64,000 nucleotides of DNA from a virus, in the IMG/VR virus record IMGVR_UViG_3300023276_001265. One strand, given 5' to 3'. Each line of letters starts with the position of its first letter. Position 1 is the stretch's first letter. The position numbers and the translations under genes are program-made. Below, piece by piece: positions 63,505 through 64,000 of this stretch. The notes beneath the pieces are model-generated. The model saw only the letters and a program-made list of their open reading frames with translations. It had not been told where the DNA came from and ran no database searches.

Positions 63505-63987
63505 ATGGCTAGAGCAGTTGACACAGACCTCTATCACAACTTCCGGTTTCACGTTGTCGACCCGGCGGGTCAGAACCTGGACCCAGTTGCAGGCTTCCGG
63601 ACCGCCAGCATCCCCGACCTCACCGTCGACATGGCGGAGTACCGTGAGGGCGTGTTCAAGTACACCCGAAAGTATCCTGGCATTCCGAAGGTCGGTGATT
63701 GCTCCCTGAGCAAGGGCGTGGTCAAGAAGGACTCCGACTTCCTCCTCTGGATCTTCAAGTGCATCAACGGCGGTGAGACCTACCGTTCTGACATCACGAT
63801 CCAGGAATACCACATTGCCGACGAATGGGGCATTGACGGTAGTCCCTCGAAGGTCATTCAGCTCAAGGAGGTCTTCCCGACCTCTGTCAAGCCGACCGGT
63901 GACAAGGACGCTTCGAGCTCCGACGTCGCCATCCAGGAGATCACCCTCGCTGTCGAGGAGATAGTCGTGGAACTCGTTGTCAACTAG
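63505..63987 (+). CDS. tail tube protein (T4 gp19-like)
   Basis: FRFHV, AGF, EYREG, KYPG, LSKG, DASSSDVAIQEITLAVE. Confidence 0.95.
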   Translation: MARAVDTDLYHNFRFHVVDPAGQNLDPVAGFRTASIPDLTVDMAEYREGVFKYTRKYPGIPKVGDCSLSKGVVKKDSDFLLWIFKCINGGETYRSDITIQEYHIADEWGIDGSPSKVIQLKEVFPTSVKPTGDKDASSSDVAIQEITLAVEEIVVELVVN

Positions 63988-64000
63988 AGACTTAGGTTTC

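Noticed and set aside
1-64000. Stop-codon reassignment, tRNA or rRNA genes
   Set aside because: Conserved genes are intact in code 11 and end at TAG, TGA or TAA as expected; no tRNA or rRNA was recognised by eye (a tRNAscan run would confirm).

Overview
A 64-kb segment of a large dsDNA bacteriophage (myovirus with T4-superfamily portal, sheath and tube; standard genetic code). It holds a replication block (three wHTH/initiator genes with iterons, DnaC-like loader, DnaB, primase, SF2 helicase, RecA, SSB, family-A polymerase with two inteins), nucleotide and DNA-modification genes, a CobS/CobT-like AAA+/VWA pair, peptide deformylase, a bL12-like protein, virion genes and many selfish endonucleases. 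The main discovery is the 1532-aa ORF at 3657-8255. Its N-terminus is an FGE-sulfatase (C-type-lectin fold) domain that lacks its last strands, and its apparent low-complexity tail is the zero-frame shadow of 14 tandem cassettes encoded in the -1 frame, followed by two more cassettes (frame 0 and +1). Each cassette supplies an alternative FGE C-terminus (RGGxW-like ... RPxWRxR-stop). Each -1 cassette opens with an in-phase slippery heptamer, 3-6 nt after the previous cassette's stop, and the zero frame never closes. This suggests one mRNA producing about 15 isoforms by serial -1 frameshifting. Many cassettes also carry peptides resembling conserved motifs of T4-like capsid, portal, terminase and polymerase proteins, so the locus may be a decoy or mimic display array. 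All homology calls are by eye, without database searches.
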